DNA from: an uncultured Solirubrobacteraceae bacterium
GTDB taxonomy: Bacteria; Actinomycetota; Thermoleophilia; Solirubrobacterales; Solirubrobacteraceae
DNA length: 64,000 bases
Assembly: GCA_963740075.1 (NCBI GenBank)
Contig: CAVUCP010000005.1
Span: 273,288-337,287, forward strand
Direction: 5' to 3'
The notes beneath the pieces are model-generated. The model had not been told where the DNA came from. It was given only the letters and a program-made list of their open reading frames with translations, and made no database searches. Position numbers and translations under genes: made by a program. This document shows positions 51,834 to 61,030 of the stretch, one piece after another. Numbering within the stretch: the first letter of the stretch is position 1; every line of letters starts with the position of its first letter.

Positions 51834-52304
51834 GTGTCCTCGAACTCCGTGGAGCAACGTGCCTCGCGTCTGGGGAGGGAGATCGGCCGGGACTGCCTCG
51901 CCGTGCGGCTCCGGCTGCTCAACCGGTCGGTGACCCGCCTCTACGACGCGGCGCTGCGCCCCTACAGCATCACGATCGCTCAGCTGAACCTGCTGGCGTC
52001 GGTTGCCAACCTCCAGCCCATCCCCTCGGGAAAGCTGGCGGACCTGCTGTCACTGGAGATCTCGACCCTCAGCAGAAACGCACGGCTGATGGAGAGCGCG
52101 GGCTGGCTCGAGATCTCGCCCGCCGACCACGGCAATGGGCGCGTACTGTCGCTCACGCCGGCGGGCGAGGGCAAGCTCGCCGAACTCGGTCCCGCGTGGC
52201 ACGAGGCTCAGAACGAGGCCGTGAAGCTGATCGGCGACGGCGCGGCCGCAGCCATACGCGAGGCGGCCAACGAGCATTTCGTCGAGCAGGCCCGGCAACT
52301 CTGA
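51834..52304 (+). CDS. MarR family transcriptional regulator
   Basis: CLAVRLR...VTRLYDAALRP, QLNLL, STLSRN, LTPAG. Confidence 0.88.
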   Translation: MSSNSVEQRASRLGREIGRDCLAVRLRLLNRSVTRLYDAALRPYSITIAQLNLLASVANLQPIPSGKLADLLSLEISTLSRNARLMESAGWLEISPADHGNGRVLSLTPAGEGKLAELGPAWHEAQNEAVKLIGDGAAAAIREAANEHFVEQARQL

Positions 52305-52319
52305 TCTGACCGGCGCCTG

Positions 52320-54923
52320 TCACTCGTCAGCGAGCGCCGCGATCACGTCGAGCCTTGCGGCGCGCCTGGCAGGAAGCTGCGCCGCGAGGACCCCTGCGAG
52401 AGCGGCCGCGATGAGCAGGAGAAGGAGCGTCCCCACGGGAAACGAGAGGACGTAGCCCGATCCGGAAAGTGCGAGCTCGGTGACGAGCACCGCACCGACG
52501 ACACCGACGACGAGACCCAGCACGCCGCCGATCAGCGCCGTGATCACAGCCTCGTAGCGGATCATCTCGCGGATCTGCCGGCGCGAGGTCCCGATCGCTC
52601 GCATCATCCCGAGCTCGTGTGTGCGCTCGTAGATCGAAAGGACAAGGGTGTTGACGATGCCGAAGAGGGAGACGATCACCGATAGGGCCAGAAGCACGTA
52701 GACGAGCAGCAGGAACTGGTTGACCTTGTTGCTCTGTTCCCTCGTGTACTGCGCCGCGGTCTGCGAGTGAGCCTGCGGATAGCCGCTGCGCAGGACCGCG
52801 TCGATGCTGCTGCGCACCTGCGTGCCGTCCGCCCCGGGTGCGTACGCAACGAAGTCCGCGCCGTCTTCACGTTCCCCGAACGCTGTGCGCGCAAGTTCAC
52901 GCGAGATCGTGAGGTTGGCGAGCAGCCCGAGCGCTTCTTCCTTGATGATCCCCGTCACGGTCAGCGTCACGGTGTGGCCGGTGGCCGAGAGGACGAGCAC
53001 GCGCTGGCCCACGTGAAGGTGGTGCGCGCTCGCGAACTTCTTCGTGATGATCGTCCCTCCGCGCGAAAGTGTTTCGAGCGTCGCCCGCGAGCCGTCTTCC
53101 CACCCGAGCTTGTACATGCTCCCGAACGACGCGGGTTCGATCGCTGTGACTGGGCTGTTTTCGTCGATGACCGGCGCACCCGTCTGGGCGAGGTCCCGGA
53201 CCCGGCCCTTCGTGAACGCGATCGCGGTCACAGCTCCCACACCGCTGATCGAGCGCAGCGCAGGCGCTATCGAGCCGGGGATGCCGCCTTCCCCGGCGCT
53301 CTTGTTCTGCACGATGAGGTCGCCGGCGAACGAGCGGCTGACGGCCTGGTCGATGGTCGCCTTCGTTCCCGCCGCAAGAACCGAGATGAACGCGACCAAC
53401 CCAAGCCCGACGGTGAGGGCGAGCGCCGTGACGAGTGTGCGGCCCGGCTGGCGTACGGTGTTCTCACGCGCCAGGCGCCCGGTGATGCCGCGCCAGCTCA
53501 CGAGCAGTCCGACGGCACCGGCGAGTGCCGGGATGACGCGGTAGTGACGTGGCGGACGCTCGCCTCCCCTCTTCAGACGTGCTCTGAGCCTCGCGGCTCG
53601 AACGACCACAACGACAAGCACCAGGGCCGCGATGCCGCCCCCGACGAAGGCGCGCAGCGCCAGCACGACCACGAGGTACAGAGCGAAGCGAATCATCAGC
53701 GCCCTGCGGGTGGGAAGCGGCCGCGGCGGGATCTGGACGCCCTCGCGCATGGCCGCTATCGGCGGCACGCGCGTGGCGCGCATCGCGGGGAAGAACCCGG
53801 CGAGGACGGTGATGATGACCCCAACCGCGAGCGAGACGATCACCGTGCGGGCCTCGAGCACCGTGCCGTTGTCCGGCAGGTCGGCTCCGAACGCCTTGAA
53901 GAGCTCATCTAGCGCCGGGGCGAGCGCGACGCCCGCGAGCAGGCCGACGACCGAGCCCGCGACCCCCAGCAGCAGACCTTCCGCCACCACCGAGCGCATC
54001 AGCTGGCTCCGCGACGCGCCGAGGGTGCGGAGCAGCCCGAACTCGCGCACGCGCTGGGCCACCGTGATCGAGAAGGTGTTGAAGATGATGAACGCCCCGA
54101 CCACCAGCGCTACGTAGGCGAAGACGAGGAGGAAGGTCCGCAGGAAGCCCAGTTTTTCTTCCAGTTCGGAGGTCTGGTTCGCTGCTTCCTGGGCACCGGT
54201 GCGGACGATGAGCGTCGACGGCAGCGCGGCGCGCACCCGCGCCGCGAGTTCCTGCGGGGAGACCCCGGTGCTCGCGGCGACGTTGATGCTGTCGTATTCG
54301 CCCGGTTCGCCCGCCACGTACTGCGCTTCGGCGGTCGTCAGCAGCGCGACGCTGGAACCGCCGAACGATTCGCTCCCGGCGAACCTGGCGATGCCCGAGA
54401 TCTCATAATGGCGGGCAGGGGCGCTGCCGGCGATCACGATCTGCTGCCCAACCTTCAGGTGCTCCCTGTTGGCGGTTGACTGGTCGATCGCGACCTCGTC
54501 GTTAGCGCTCGGCAGATGGCCCTGCGCCGCGGTGAACGCCTCGAACCGTGCCGGCTGGACAGCGTCGACCAGCGACGGCCCCGTACCCGAGATCCGTTTG
54601 CCGCTCGTGGTCAGAAGAGCCGCACCCGTCGACACTCCCCCCGAGGCCGCCGCGACGCCTCTGACCCCGCGCACCCGCGCGATGGTCGCTTCGTCTATTG
54701 CGTACGTCCGCGAGCCGCTGTTCTTGCCGAGTGTTTCCTTGGCGGTGACGACCACGGCCTTGTTCTTGTAGGCGCTTGCGAATACTTCCCCGAATGCGTG
54801 GTTGATCGTGTCGGTGAGGATGTACGTGCCCGCCATCAGCGCCACGCCGAGGGCGATCGCGACACCCGTGAGCAAAGCCCGCACCTTGCGCTGGGCAAAT
54901 CCGCGGAGCATGAGCTTGCCCAT
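52320..54923 (-). CDS. FtsX-like (MacB-type) ABC transporter permease, double-domain
   Basis: IFNTFSITVAQRVREFGLLRTLGA and IVNTLVLSIYERTHELGMMRAIG repeats; PARRAARL end. Confidence 0.9.
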   Translation of the reverse strand: MGKLMLRGFAQRKVRALLTGVAIALGVALMAGTYILTDTINHAFGEVFASAYKNKAVVVTAKETLGKNSGSRTYAIDEATIARVRGVRGVAAASGGVSTGAALLTTSGKRISGTGPSLVDAVQPARFEAFTAAQGHLPSANDEVAIDQSTANREHLKVGQQIVIAGSAPARHYEISGIARFAGSESFGGSSVALLTTAEAQYVAGEPGEYDSINVAASTGVSPQELAARVRAALPSTLIVRTGAQEAANQTSELEEKLGFLRTFLLVFAYVALVVGAFIIFNTFSITVAQRVREFGLLRTLGASRSQLMRSVVAEGLLLGVAGSVVGLLAGVALAPALDELFKAFGADLPDNGTVLEARTVIVSLAVGVIITVLAGFFPAMRATRVPPIAAMREGVQIPPRPLPTRRALMIRFALYLVVVLALRAFVGGGIAALVLVVVVVRAARLRARLKRGGERPPRHYRVIPALAGAVGLLVSWRGITGRLARENTVRQPGRTLVTALALTVGLGLVAFISVLAAGTKATIDQAVSRSFAGDLIVQNKSAGEGGIPGSIAPALRSISGVGAVTAIAFTKGRVRDLAQTGAPVIDENSPVTAIEPASFGSMYKLGWEDGSRATLETLSRGGTIITKKFASAHHLHVGQRVLVLSATGHTVTLTVTGIIKEEALGLLANLTISRELARTAFGEREDGADFVAYAPGADGTQVRSSIDAVLRSGYPQAHSQTAAQYTREQSNKVNQFLLLVYVLLALSVIVSLFGIVNTLVLSIYERTHELGMMRAIGTSRRQIREMIRYEAVITALIGGVLGLVVGVVGAVLVTELALSGSGYVLSFPVGTLLLLLIAAALAGVLAAQLPARRAARLDVIAALADE

Positions 54924-54995
54924 CAGCCGATCCCCTTCATCAGGTCAAGCGCCTCCTCGGAGGTCCGTGCCCCTCCGTTGTCTGTCCGTCGGTCA
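54923..54995 (-). pseudogene. Remnant of the 3' end of the partner ABC ATPase gene
   Basis: ...TSEEALDLMKGIG* ends in a TGATG overlap with the permease start; the frame has no upstream ATPase body. Confidence 0.4.
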
Positions 54996-55084
54996 GCCGC
55001 TGGTTGGATTAGGCGAACAGACCTATTAGTTTCGTACGGAAGGACGGGTCTCAAGCGTAGTCAACCCACCACAGGAGGACGAAC

Positions 55085-55474
55085 ATGAGCATCACGGCAA
55101 CACGGATACGCCAGATCAGCCTGGTCTGTGTTCCCACGGCCGATCAGGACCGCGCGATCGCGTTCTACGAGTCGCTCGGCTTTGAGAAGCGCACCGACAC
55201 ACCGTTCGGTGGCGGCTACCGCTGGGTGGAGGTCTACGCGCCGGAGGGCAGCACCGGTATCGCGCTGGCGCCTCCACCGCCTGGCCGTGACCTCGTGCCT
55301 GCAGAGACCGGGATCACGCTCGTCAGCGACGACATAGACGCAACGCACGCCGAGATGCTCAGACTTGGCGTCGACGTCGATGCCGAGGTCTCACGGATGG
55401 GGGATCCGGTCCCGCCGATGTTCTGGTTCAGGGACCCGACGGGCCACTCGCTGATGGTGGTCGAGCAATCCTGA
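55085..55474 (+). CDS. VOC/glyoxalase family protein
   Basis: AGGAGG RBS; DQDRAIAFYE.LGF, RWVEV, FRDPTG. Confidence 0.88.
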   Translation: MSITATRIRQISLVCVPTADQDRAIAFYESLGFEKRTDTPFGGGYRWVEVYAPEGSTGIALAPPPPGRDLVPAETGITLVSDDIDATHAEMLRLGVDVDAEVSRMGDPVPPMFWFRDPTGHSLMVVEQS

Positions 55475-55605
55475 CCCATAGGTCCGAACGGACCGCGACT
55501 GGCCCGCGAGGTGACGCGAGATCGGCCACGTGGCTGGCCGCGGGCGCGGACCGACGACGTCGCCGCGCTGGCACTACCTGCTCTTTGATCAGGAGCCCCG
55601 CAGCC

Positions 55606-55635
55606 GGGGGGCCCGCTCGGTCGAGCGGGCCCCCC
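55606..55635. terminator. Perfect 14-bp inverted repeat between convergent genes (probable bidirectional terminator)
   Basis: GGGGGGCCCGCTCG-GT-CGAGCGGGCCCCCC. Confidence 0.65.
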
Positions 55636-55660
55636 TTGACCGCGATGGCGCCAGCGCTGC

Positions 55661-57160
55661 TCAGGTGGCGCAGTTCCAGCCCGCTGCGGTTTTGCCGTTT
55701 TCAAGACACGGCAGGATCGTCGGAGGCGTCCATGTACTGGTGCCTTCGAGGATCGGATCGATCTGTGATTCTTCGGTGCCGTACAGACGCATGATGAGCT
55801 GAAACGGCCCGGCAGGCGCGGGCAGCCAGTTCTCCAGGCCCGCTTCGCTCGTCGGCTCGGCGCTCTGGAGGTACATGTCCAGAGATCCGTCTTCATTGAA
55901 ATGCAGGCTCGAGCGATTCCCGAGCGTGTAGCGTTCCAGAGGGTTGCTTACGAAGTAACCGGTGGTCGAGTACATCGACATCGACCAGAACGCGGTCACC
56001 GGGAACGGGAAGTCGCTCGCAGGGAAGTGAGCGACGTACCTCGTGGCGGTTCCGTTGAGTGGTACGCCGTGTCGTTCTGTTGTCGCGAACGGATAGATCG
56101 AGATGTTCGGCGGCAGGCCCGCCAGCCCATCCTGGTCGATCGTGGCACGCAGCAGGTAGTTCGTGCCGTATACGCCGACAGGCACTATCGCCCAGCCGTT
56201 GTGCTTGTTGAACCCCGCGAGGACCAGTTCTTTGAGGTGGTTGTAAACCACACCCGGACCTGCGGCAACGGCTGCGCGCAGCCCCGCCAGGGTACCCGCG
56301 CTGAGCCTGGAGTTGTTGGCCGGGAACTTCAGCTTCCCGATGCCGACAGTCTTCAGTAGTTCGAGCTCCGGCTGGTCCTCAGCCGGCGGCTTGAACTGCT
56401 TGAGCGCGGCACCCAGCGCCGTCCAGTAAGTCAGCGGTTCTTCGCCCGCCTGTGTTCCGGGGACCTTGGTTTCGATTGGTTTGGTCACTTCCTTTTCCGG
56501 CGCGGGCGGCACATAGTTAAGGCCTTCCTTCTTCCACCGGTTCAGCGGAACGAGCTTCTCTTCCGCCTGGATCGCCACAGCATTGGCGGTGTCTTCCTTG
56601 CTGTTGACAACCGTGCGCGCGACGAGCCAAACTCGGTTGTACGGTGAGTGGATGACCTTCATGCCCTGCACTTCGGTCAGTCCTTCATACCTCTTGCCGG
56701 TGGCGATCACGTAGTTGCCCGGGGCGAGCATTCCCGACGCGCCTTCGCCGATGTTTCCGATGTTTTCCTCGTAAGGCGTCATGATCGGCACCACGTTGAA
56801 CCGGTGTGCGACCGGAACATGAACCACTATCGGCTGCGGCTTCAGCTGCAGCCACGCGTAGGAGTAGAGCGTGTCCGCGTTGGGCGAGATGATCTCACCC
56901 TCCTTCGTCGTGGCGAGTTCCGTAAAGTGCGACCACTGGTTGACCGGCGCGTCACCGATCGCATCCGGCACCGTCACGCTCGTGTTGCTCTGGTACAGGC
57001 GCTGCATGTTCAGCAGCGGCTCGCCGTAGATGTACCCCTGGATCCCGACGTTGTAGGCGTGTTCGTATTCCTTTGAATATTCTTCCGCCGACGCGACTGC
57101 GGCCGTCAGTCCGAGCGTCGCGCACGCGATTGCGATCGCGGCAATGCACCGCCGCCGCAT
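55661..57160 (-). CDS. Secreted DUF1254/DUF1214 domain protein
   Basis: GGGGAGG RBS, signal peptide; YIYGEP, SPNADTLYSYAWL, YGTNYLLRA, FWSMSMY, NWLPAP.GPFQLIMRLY. Confidence 0.87.
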   Translation of the reverse strand: MRRRCIAAIAIACATLGLTAAVASAEEYSKEYEHAYNVGIQGYIYGEPLLNMQRLYQSNTSVTVPDAIGDAPVNQWSHFTELATTKEGEIISPNADTLYSYAWLQLKPQPIVVHVPVAHRFNVVPIMTPYEENIGNIGEGASGMLAPGNYVIATGKRYEGLTEVQGMKVIHSPYNRVWLVARTVVNSKEDTANAVAIQAEEKLVPLNRWKKEGLNYVPPAPEKEVTKPIETKVPGTQAGEEPLTYWTALGAALKQFKPPAEDQPELELLKTVGIGKLKFPANNSRLSAGTLAGLRAAVAAGPGVVYNHLKELVLAGFNKHNGWAIVPVGVYGTNYLLRATIDQDGLAGLPPNISIYPFATTERHGVPLNGTATRYVAHFPASDFPFPVTAFWSMSMYSTTGYFVSNPLERYTLGNRSSLHFNEDGSLDMYLQSAEPTSEAGLENWLPAPAGPFQLIMRLYGTEESQIDPILEGTSTWTPPTILPCLENGKTAAGWNCAT

Positions 57161-57275
57161 GATCCTCCCCATCCCTGTGGCCGAGGGACCTGAAATCCCG
57201 TCGGCACGCGTCTTCTCTCGTCGCATACTGCCTCTCCCCAATCTGTCCGTGGATAACTCACGCGCTGCTGGGCGC

Positions 57276-57304
57276 ACGGTAGTCGCCGATGAGACATTTG
57301 TCAA
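57276..57304 (-). promoter_or_regulatory. Sigma70-type promoter for the DUF1254 gene
   Basis: Minus strand TTGACA, 17 nt, TACCGT; overlapped by the GACATTTGTC inverted repeat (possible TetR operator). Confidence 0.6.
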
Positions 57305-57430
57305 GATGTTGCATGCGCGTGAGATTACGGTATGCCTCAACTGGCGGCGGACCAAGAATGTCGCGCCGGCCGGGAGCCCTGTATCCTCTGCCCATCGCCC
57401 CTCGGACCGTCGGCCATAGCGGAGGAACCA

Positions 57431-58048
57431 ATGGCTAGAGCTCGAACGACCGAGCCGCCGGTCGCGGAGATCGTCGTTGGCACGCTGGATGCGGTTCCCA
57501 CGTTTCCGAGCTTCCGGCGCGCGACCCGGGACGACGCCTTCCTGGTTGCGCGCGCGACGTTCCTGCAGGGCGCCCGCGTGGACATGGGGACGATGGCGGA
57601 GCAGCTGGCCGTCTCACGCGCCACCGTCTACCGGTGGTGCGGCTCACGCGAAGCCCTCCACGAGCAGATCCTCGAGCAGCGGGCACTCGAATTCAGCACG
57701 TGGGCCCGTGCTGAGGCCAGGGGCGATGGTGAGGAGCGCGTGATCGACGTGCTCAGGCACGTCCTGCGGGCCACCACCAACGCGCAACCGGTAAGACGGT
57801 TCATGGAGCGAGAGCCAAAACTCGCGCTTCGCATCCTGACCCTGCGCGACGGTGCGGTGCACCGCGTGATCGCTGAGACGCTGGTGGATGTGGCCCGTGA
57901 AGCAGGCACAGTCAGCCCCGATCTCAAGAGCCGCATCGCCGACGCGGTTCACCTGGGCGCGGTCATGCAGTGGGCGACCGTCGCGATCGACGAGGAACCA
58001 GACACCGAGCACATCGTCGGGATCCTCCGTCGGCAGCTGACCAGCTGA
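57431..58048 (+). CDS. TetR-family regulator (QsdR-like C-terminus)
   Basis: GGAGG RBS; RVDMGTMAEQLAVSRATVYRWCGSRE HTH; FMEREPKLALRILT. Confidence 0.85.
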   Translation: MARARTTEPPVAEIVVGTLDAVPTFPSFRRATRDDAFLVARATFLQGARVDMGTMAEQLAVSRATVYRWCGSREALHEQILEQRALEFSTWARAEARGDGEERVIDVLRHVLRATTNAQPVRRFMEREPKLALRILTLRDGAVHRVIAETLVDVAREAGTVSPDLKSRIADAVHLGAVMQWATVAIDEEPDTEHIVGILRRQLTS

Positions 58049-58240
58049 GTCCGACGGGACGGCTCCACAACCTCATCCGGCGAGTGCGGTGACGAGCGTC
58101 ATGCAGCTCGCAGCTGACGCGGTCGACATCTCAGCTGGCTCCGTCCGAATATTGGGCGCCGGTGTTGACCGGCATGACATTACGTGTACCCGCGGCTACG
58201 TGGCACGCAAACCCCAAGGCGATCCTCACCCAGCGGCCCG

Positions 58241-58266
58241 GTTTTCCACCAACTCCGAGTGGGTAC
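58241..58266 (+). promoter_or_regulatory. SigB/SigF-type stress promoter
   Basis: GTTT-N16-GGGTAC, 28 nt upstream of the small ORF. Confidence 0.5.
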
Positions 58267-58294
58267 TGAGGTCTCAACGAAAGGAGAGGGAAAC

Positions 58295-58432
58295 ATGCTC
58301 ATAGCGCTTGCAGTGCTGCTTCTCATACTCGCGCTCGCGGGTGGTATAGCCGTCAACCCGCTGCTCTTCCTAATCGCGATACTCGCCGTTCTCGTCTTCG
58401 TCGGCGGGGGCCGGCGAGGCACGGCGCTTTGA
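58295..58432 (+). CDS. 45-aa hydrophobic small membrane protein
   Basis: AAAGGAG RBS; two short hydrophobic segments and a basic tail; followed by a 12-bp GC stem (58439-58487). Confidence 0.7.
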   Translation: MLIALAVLLLILALAGGIAVNPLLFLIAILAVLVFVGGGRRGTAL

Positions 58433-58750
58433 CACAGTGCCGGCCGGGCCGATTGGCCCCAGACGGGAAGTGCGTGGCCCGGCCGGCCCTGGGGCTCATG
58501 GCGAGAAACGCGGCGGTCGGCTCGACACTGCGTGGGGTGCGCCGATCGGGGCGTTGATGCGCGCTCACTACCGGCTTTGGCACGCCGCCACGGCGAGAAC
58601 TTGGTCCCGCCGACACGGGCGACACCTTGGCTGTCGGCGACTCCGCGCGGAGCGGACGCCGCTGGCTGATGGTGCGCGGGCGCCTTCGAGCGCGCCGCCG
58701 ACCATCGAGAGCACCGCCTCACAAGCCGACATCGCCGCCCAGAACGCCCG

Positions 58751-59473
58751 TCAACGCAGGAAGCTAGCCAACACTGCCATCGCCGGGCGTGGCCCCCATG
58801 GGGCAGACCACGAGTCCGCTTTCTTGACCTCTCCCAGTGCCGTAGCGACCCATGAGGCGATGTGGATTTCCGACAGCTTCGTTTCGTCGGGGGTGTTGCC
58901 CACGGTGACCTGATCGTTGCGGAAGCCGTGTTCGTAGGACTCCTTCAGCGTCGTCCACGGGCTGTCTGCTTCGAGCCCGTTCAGATATGAAGCCCGGGCT
59001 ATGACTTTCTTCGCCACACGGGTCCCCAGCCAGATCCGCCGACGGGCCCGATTATGGCTTTGTCTTCTTTATTCGGAGGGGACGTCGGTTCTTTAGCCAG
59101 CGGTGGCTCCAGTTCTTCGGTCAGGGGAGAATTCAGATCTTCAGCCAGTGGAGGCTTCGGTTCTTCAGCCGGTGGATGGTTAGGTTCTTCCGCCGGCGAA
59201 AGTGTGAGTGCTTCAACCGTGGCAGGCGATCGGGCTCGGCCGCTCGGCACGACCGCGCCGTCTGCGGACAGCTTCACGTCCTGGTGCTTCCCGAACGCAC
59301 CGGCTGCTCGAGCCCCGGGGCTCTCGCGTTGGTGTACGGCACCACTCGGTCCCATCGATGGGCTGCTCGCGGAGGGCTGAGCCCATAGGGGGCGCGGCGG
59401 CCCCCAACGCAAGGGCCGTGGGCAGCCCTGGCTCACGCCGCCCGCGACGATCGGTGGAAGCGGTACGGCGCAT
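58751..59473 (-). pseudogene. Degraded secreted-protein gene fragment with Pro/Glu linker repeats
   Basis: Signal-like LPTALALGAAAP, (AEEPxxP)n linker and a globular fragment (IIGPVGGSGWGP/AKKVIAR...) in different frames. Confidence 0.4.
59087..59206. repeat. Five degenerate 24-nt tandem repeats (8-aa P/L-AEE-P units on the minus strand)
   Basis: ggttctttagccagcggtggctcc / agttcttcggtcaggggagaattc / agatcttcagccagtggaggcttc / ggttcttcagccggtggatggtta / ggttcttccgccggcg... Confidence 0.7.
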
Positions 59474-59604
59474 AAGCCCGTCCATGAGAATCCACACAGG
59501 GACGTGATCTTTCAGCGAATAACGTGTCTAATCGCTGACGGTCGGTCCGCCTCGGAACGCGGACCCACAAGGCGGCCCTAACCGAAAGAAGAGGTGGTTC
59601 TTAC

Positions 59605-60843
59605 ATGCTGCGCAAGGCGGTCGTAAGCTTCGCCGCTCTGGTGATCGTGAGCGGGGTGCTCGCGGGCACGGCGTCTGCAGCGGAAACGCTGCGGCTCTAC
59701 ATGGGCGAAGGTCCGGCGTTCGCGGTCCTGGGCCACTGGTGCGGAGGGATCCAGCAGGAAGTCTATGAGACCGGTTTCGGCTCGCACGGTTACCCGATCG
59801 GCAACGTGCAGCTAAAGACCACCTGCGGCGGCAGCGGAAAGGGCGGGGGCGGCCACTCGACGACATACACAGCGACCGCGAGCGTCGAATGGACCTGGTT
59901 TGGAGAAACGCGCTCGTACGGCGCGATGTCGGGGAGCCTGGAAGCAAAGCCCGAGACAGACGCGTTCGGAGACAGGCTTTACAACGTGGGCTCCGCAGCG
60001 TTCCTTGAAAAGGGCACCCCTCCGTTGCGGGCGCCGGCAGCGCCGACGAATATCGGTGTGAGCGTGGGGCTGGCCGAAAGTGGCTCCTCGGAATACCTGC
60101 GCATGAGCGTGTCCTGGACCGAGGCTCCCGAAACCGAAGCCCTCGTCACCTACTCCACCATCACAGCCACACCGGTCGGCTCGAACGGGCCGGTGCTTAC
60201 GACCACGACCTCGAGCAACTACTTCCGCGAAGGCGCCCTGGCACCGGCGGAACCAAACACGAGGTACGACGTGACGGTCACGAACACCGACGCCGAAGGC
60301 ACGAGCGAAACGAGCACGCCTGTCGAAGTGAAGACCCCCAACTCCGACGGCGAAGCCGAAAAGGAAAGGAGGTCGTACAACACCTGCACCGCCAACACCG
60401 GCACGATCAAGATGTCTCCAGGTCTGAGTGAAACGCCGCGCGTGCAGACAATCACGATCAGCGGCAGCCTCGCGGGATGCGAAGGTCCGGACGTGCCGGA
60501 ATCGGGGAGCTACTCTCTCAAGGAGAAGACCACCGAACCGGTCACCTGCTCATACCTACAGCAGTCGACGACCACGCCGACGACGACCGCTGGGAAGCTC
60601 GCGGTCACGTGGATCGAAAACGAAGGAGTCTCGAGAGGAACCCTTACGGTGCCGATCTCGGAAGCGTCACTGAGCGGCATCACAGGTTCGCTCAGCGGTG
60701 GTCCGTTCCCGGCGACCGCCCCGATGAAAGCGGCGTCGATCTACGAGTCGTTCCCGCAGTGCGGAGTGCCGCAGGGCAGGAAGGGCACGATCAAGCCGAT
60801 CAAGAGCGGCACCTTCTCAACGAGCGAAGTCGAATTTCGCTGA
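59605..60843 (+). CDS. Secreted protein with fibronectin type III-like domain
   Basis: Signal peptide (GTASA); APAAPTNI...VSWT...Y...EPNTRYDVTV...GTSETS FN3 pattern; Cys-paired C-terminal beta domain. Confidence 0.75.
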   Translation: MLRKAVVSFAALVIVSGVLAGTASAAETLRLYMGEGPAFAVLGHWCGGIQQEVYETGFGSHGYPIGNVQLKTTCGGSGKGGGGHSTTYTATASVEWTWFGETRSYGAMSGSLEAKPETDAFGDRLYNVGSAAFLEKGTPPLRAPAAPTNIGVSVGLAESGSSEYLRMSVSWTEAPETEALVTYSTITATPVGSNGPVLTTTTSSNYFREGALAPAEPNTRYDVTVTNTDAEGTSETSTPVEVKTPNSDGEAEKERRSYNTCTANTGTIKMSPGLSETPRVQTITISGSLAGCEGPDVPESGSYSLKEKTTEPVTCSYLQQSTTTPTTTAGKLAVTWIENEGVSRGTLTVPISEASLSGITGSLSGGPFPATAPMKAASIYESFPQCGVPQGRKGTIKPIKSGTFSTSEVEFR

Positions 60844-60857
60844 CGTAATCCCGTTCG

Positions 60858-60886
60858 CCCGCGCCCGCGATCGGCGCGGGCGCGGG
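60858..60886. terminator. 12-bp GC hairpin after the FN3 gene
   Basis: CCCGCGCCCGCG-ATCGG-CGCGGGCGCGGG. Confidence 0.55.
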
Positions 60887-61030
60887 TCCGTCTCGTGACG
60901 GCGGAAGCCTGCGCGCGAGGCGTCACGACCCGCGGCATGGGCGGGCATCGAGCAATCCCGCGCCGGGCGGTGAGGAGAGCGACCGCCGCGCCAGCTCTGA
61001 ACCTCTCGCTACTCGTATCGCTTGCTCCTA

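Noticed and set aside
59087-59206. Possible CRISPR array
   Set aside because: Degenerate contiguous 24-nt coding repeats with no spacers and no cas genes.
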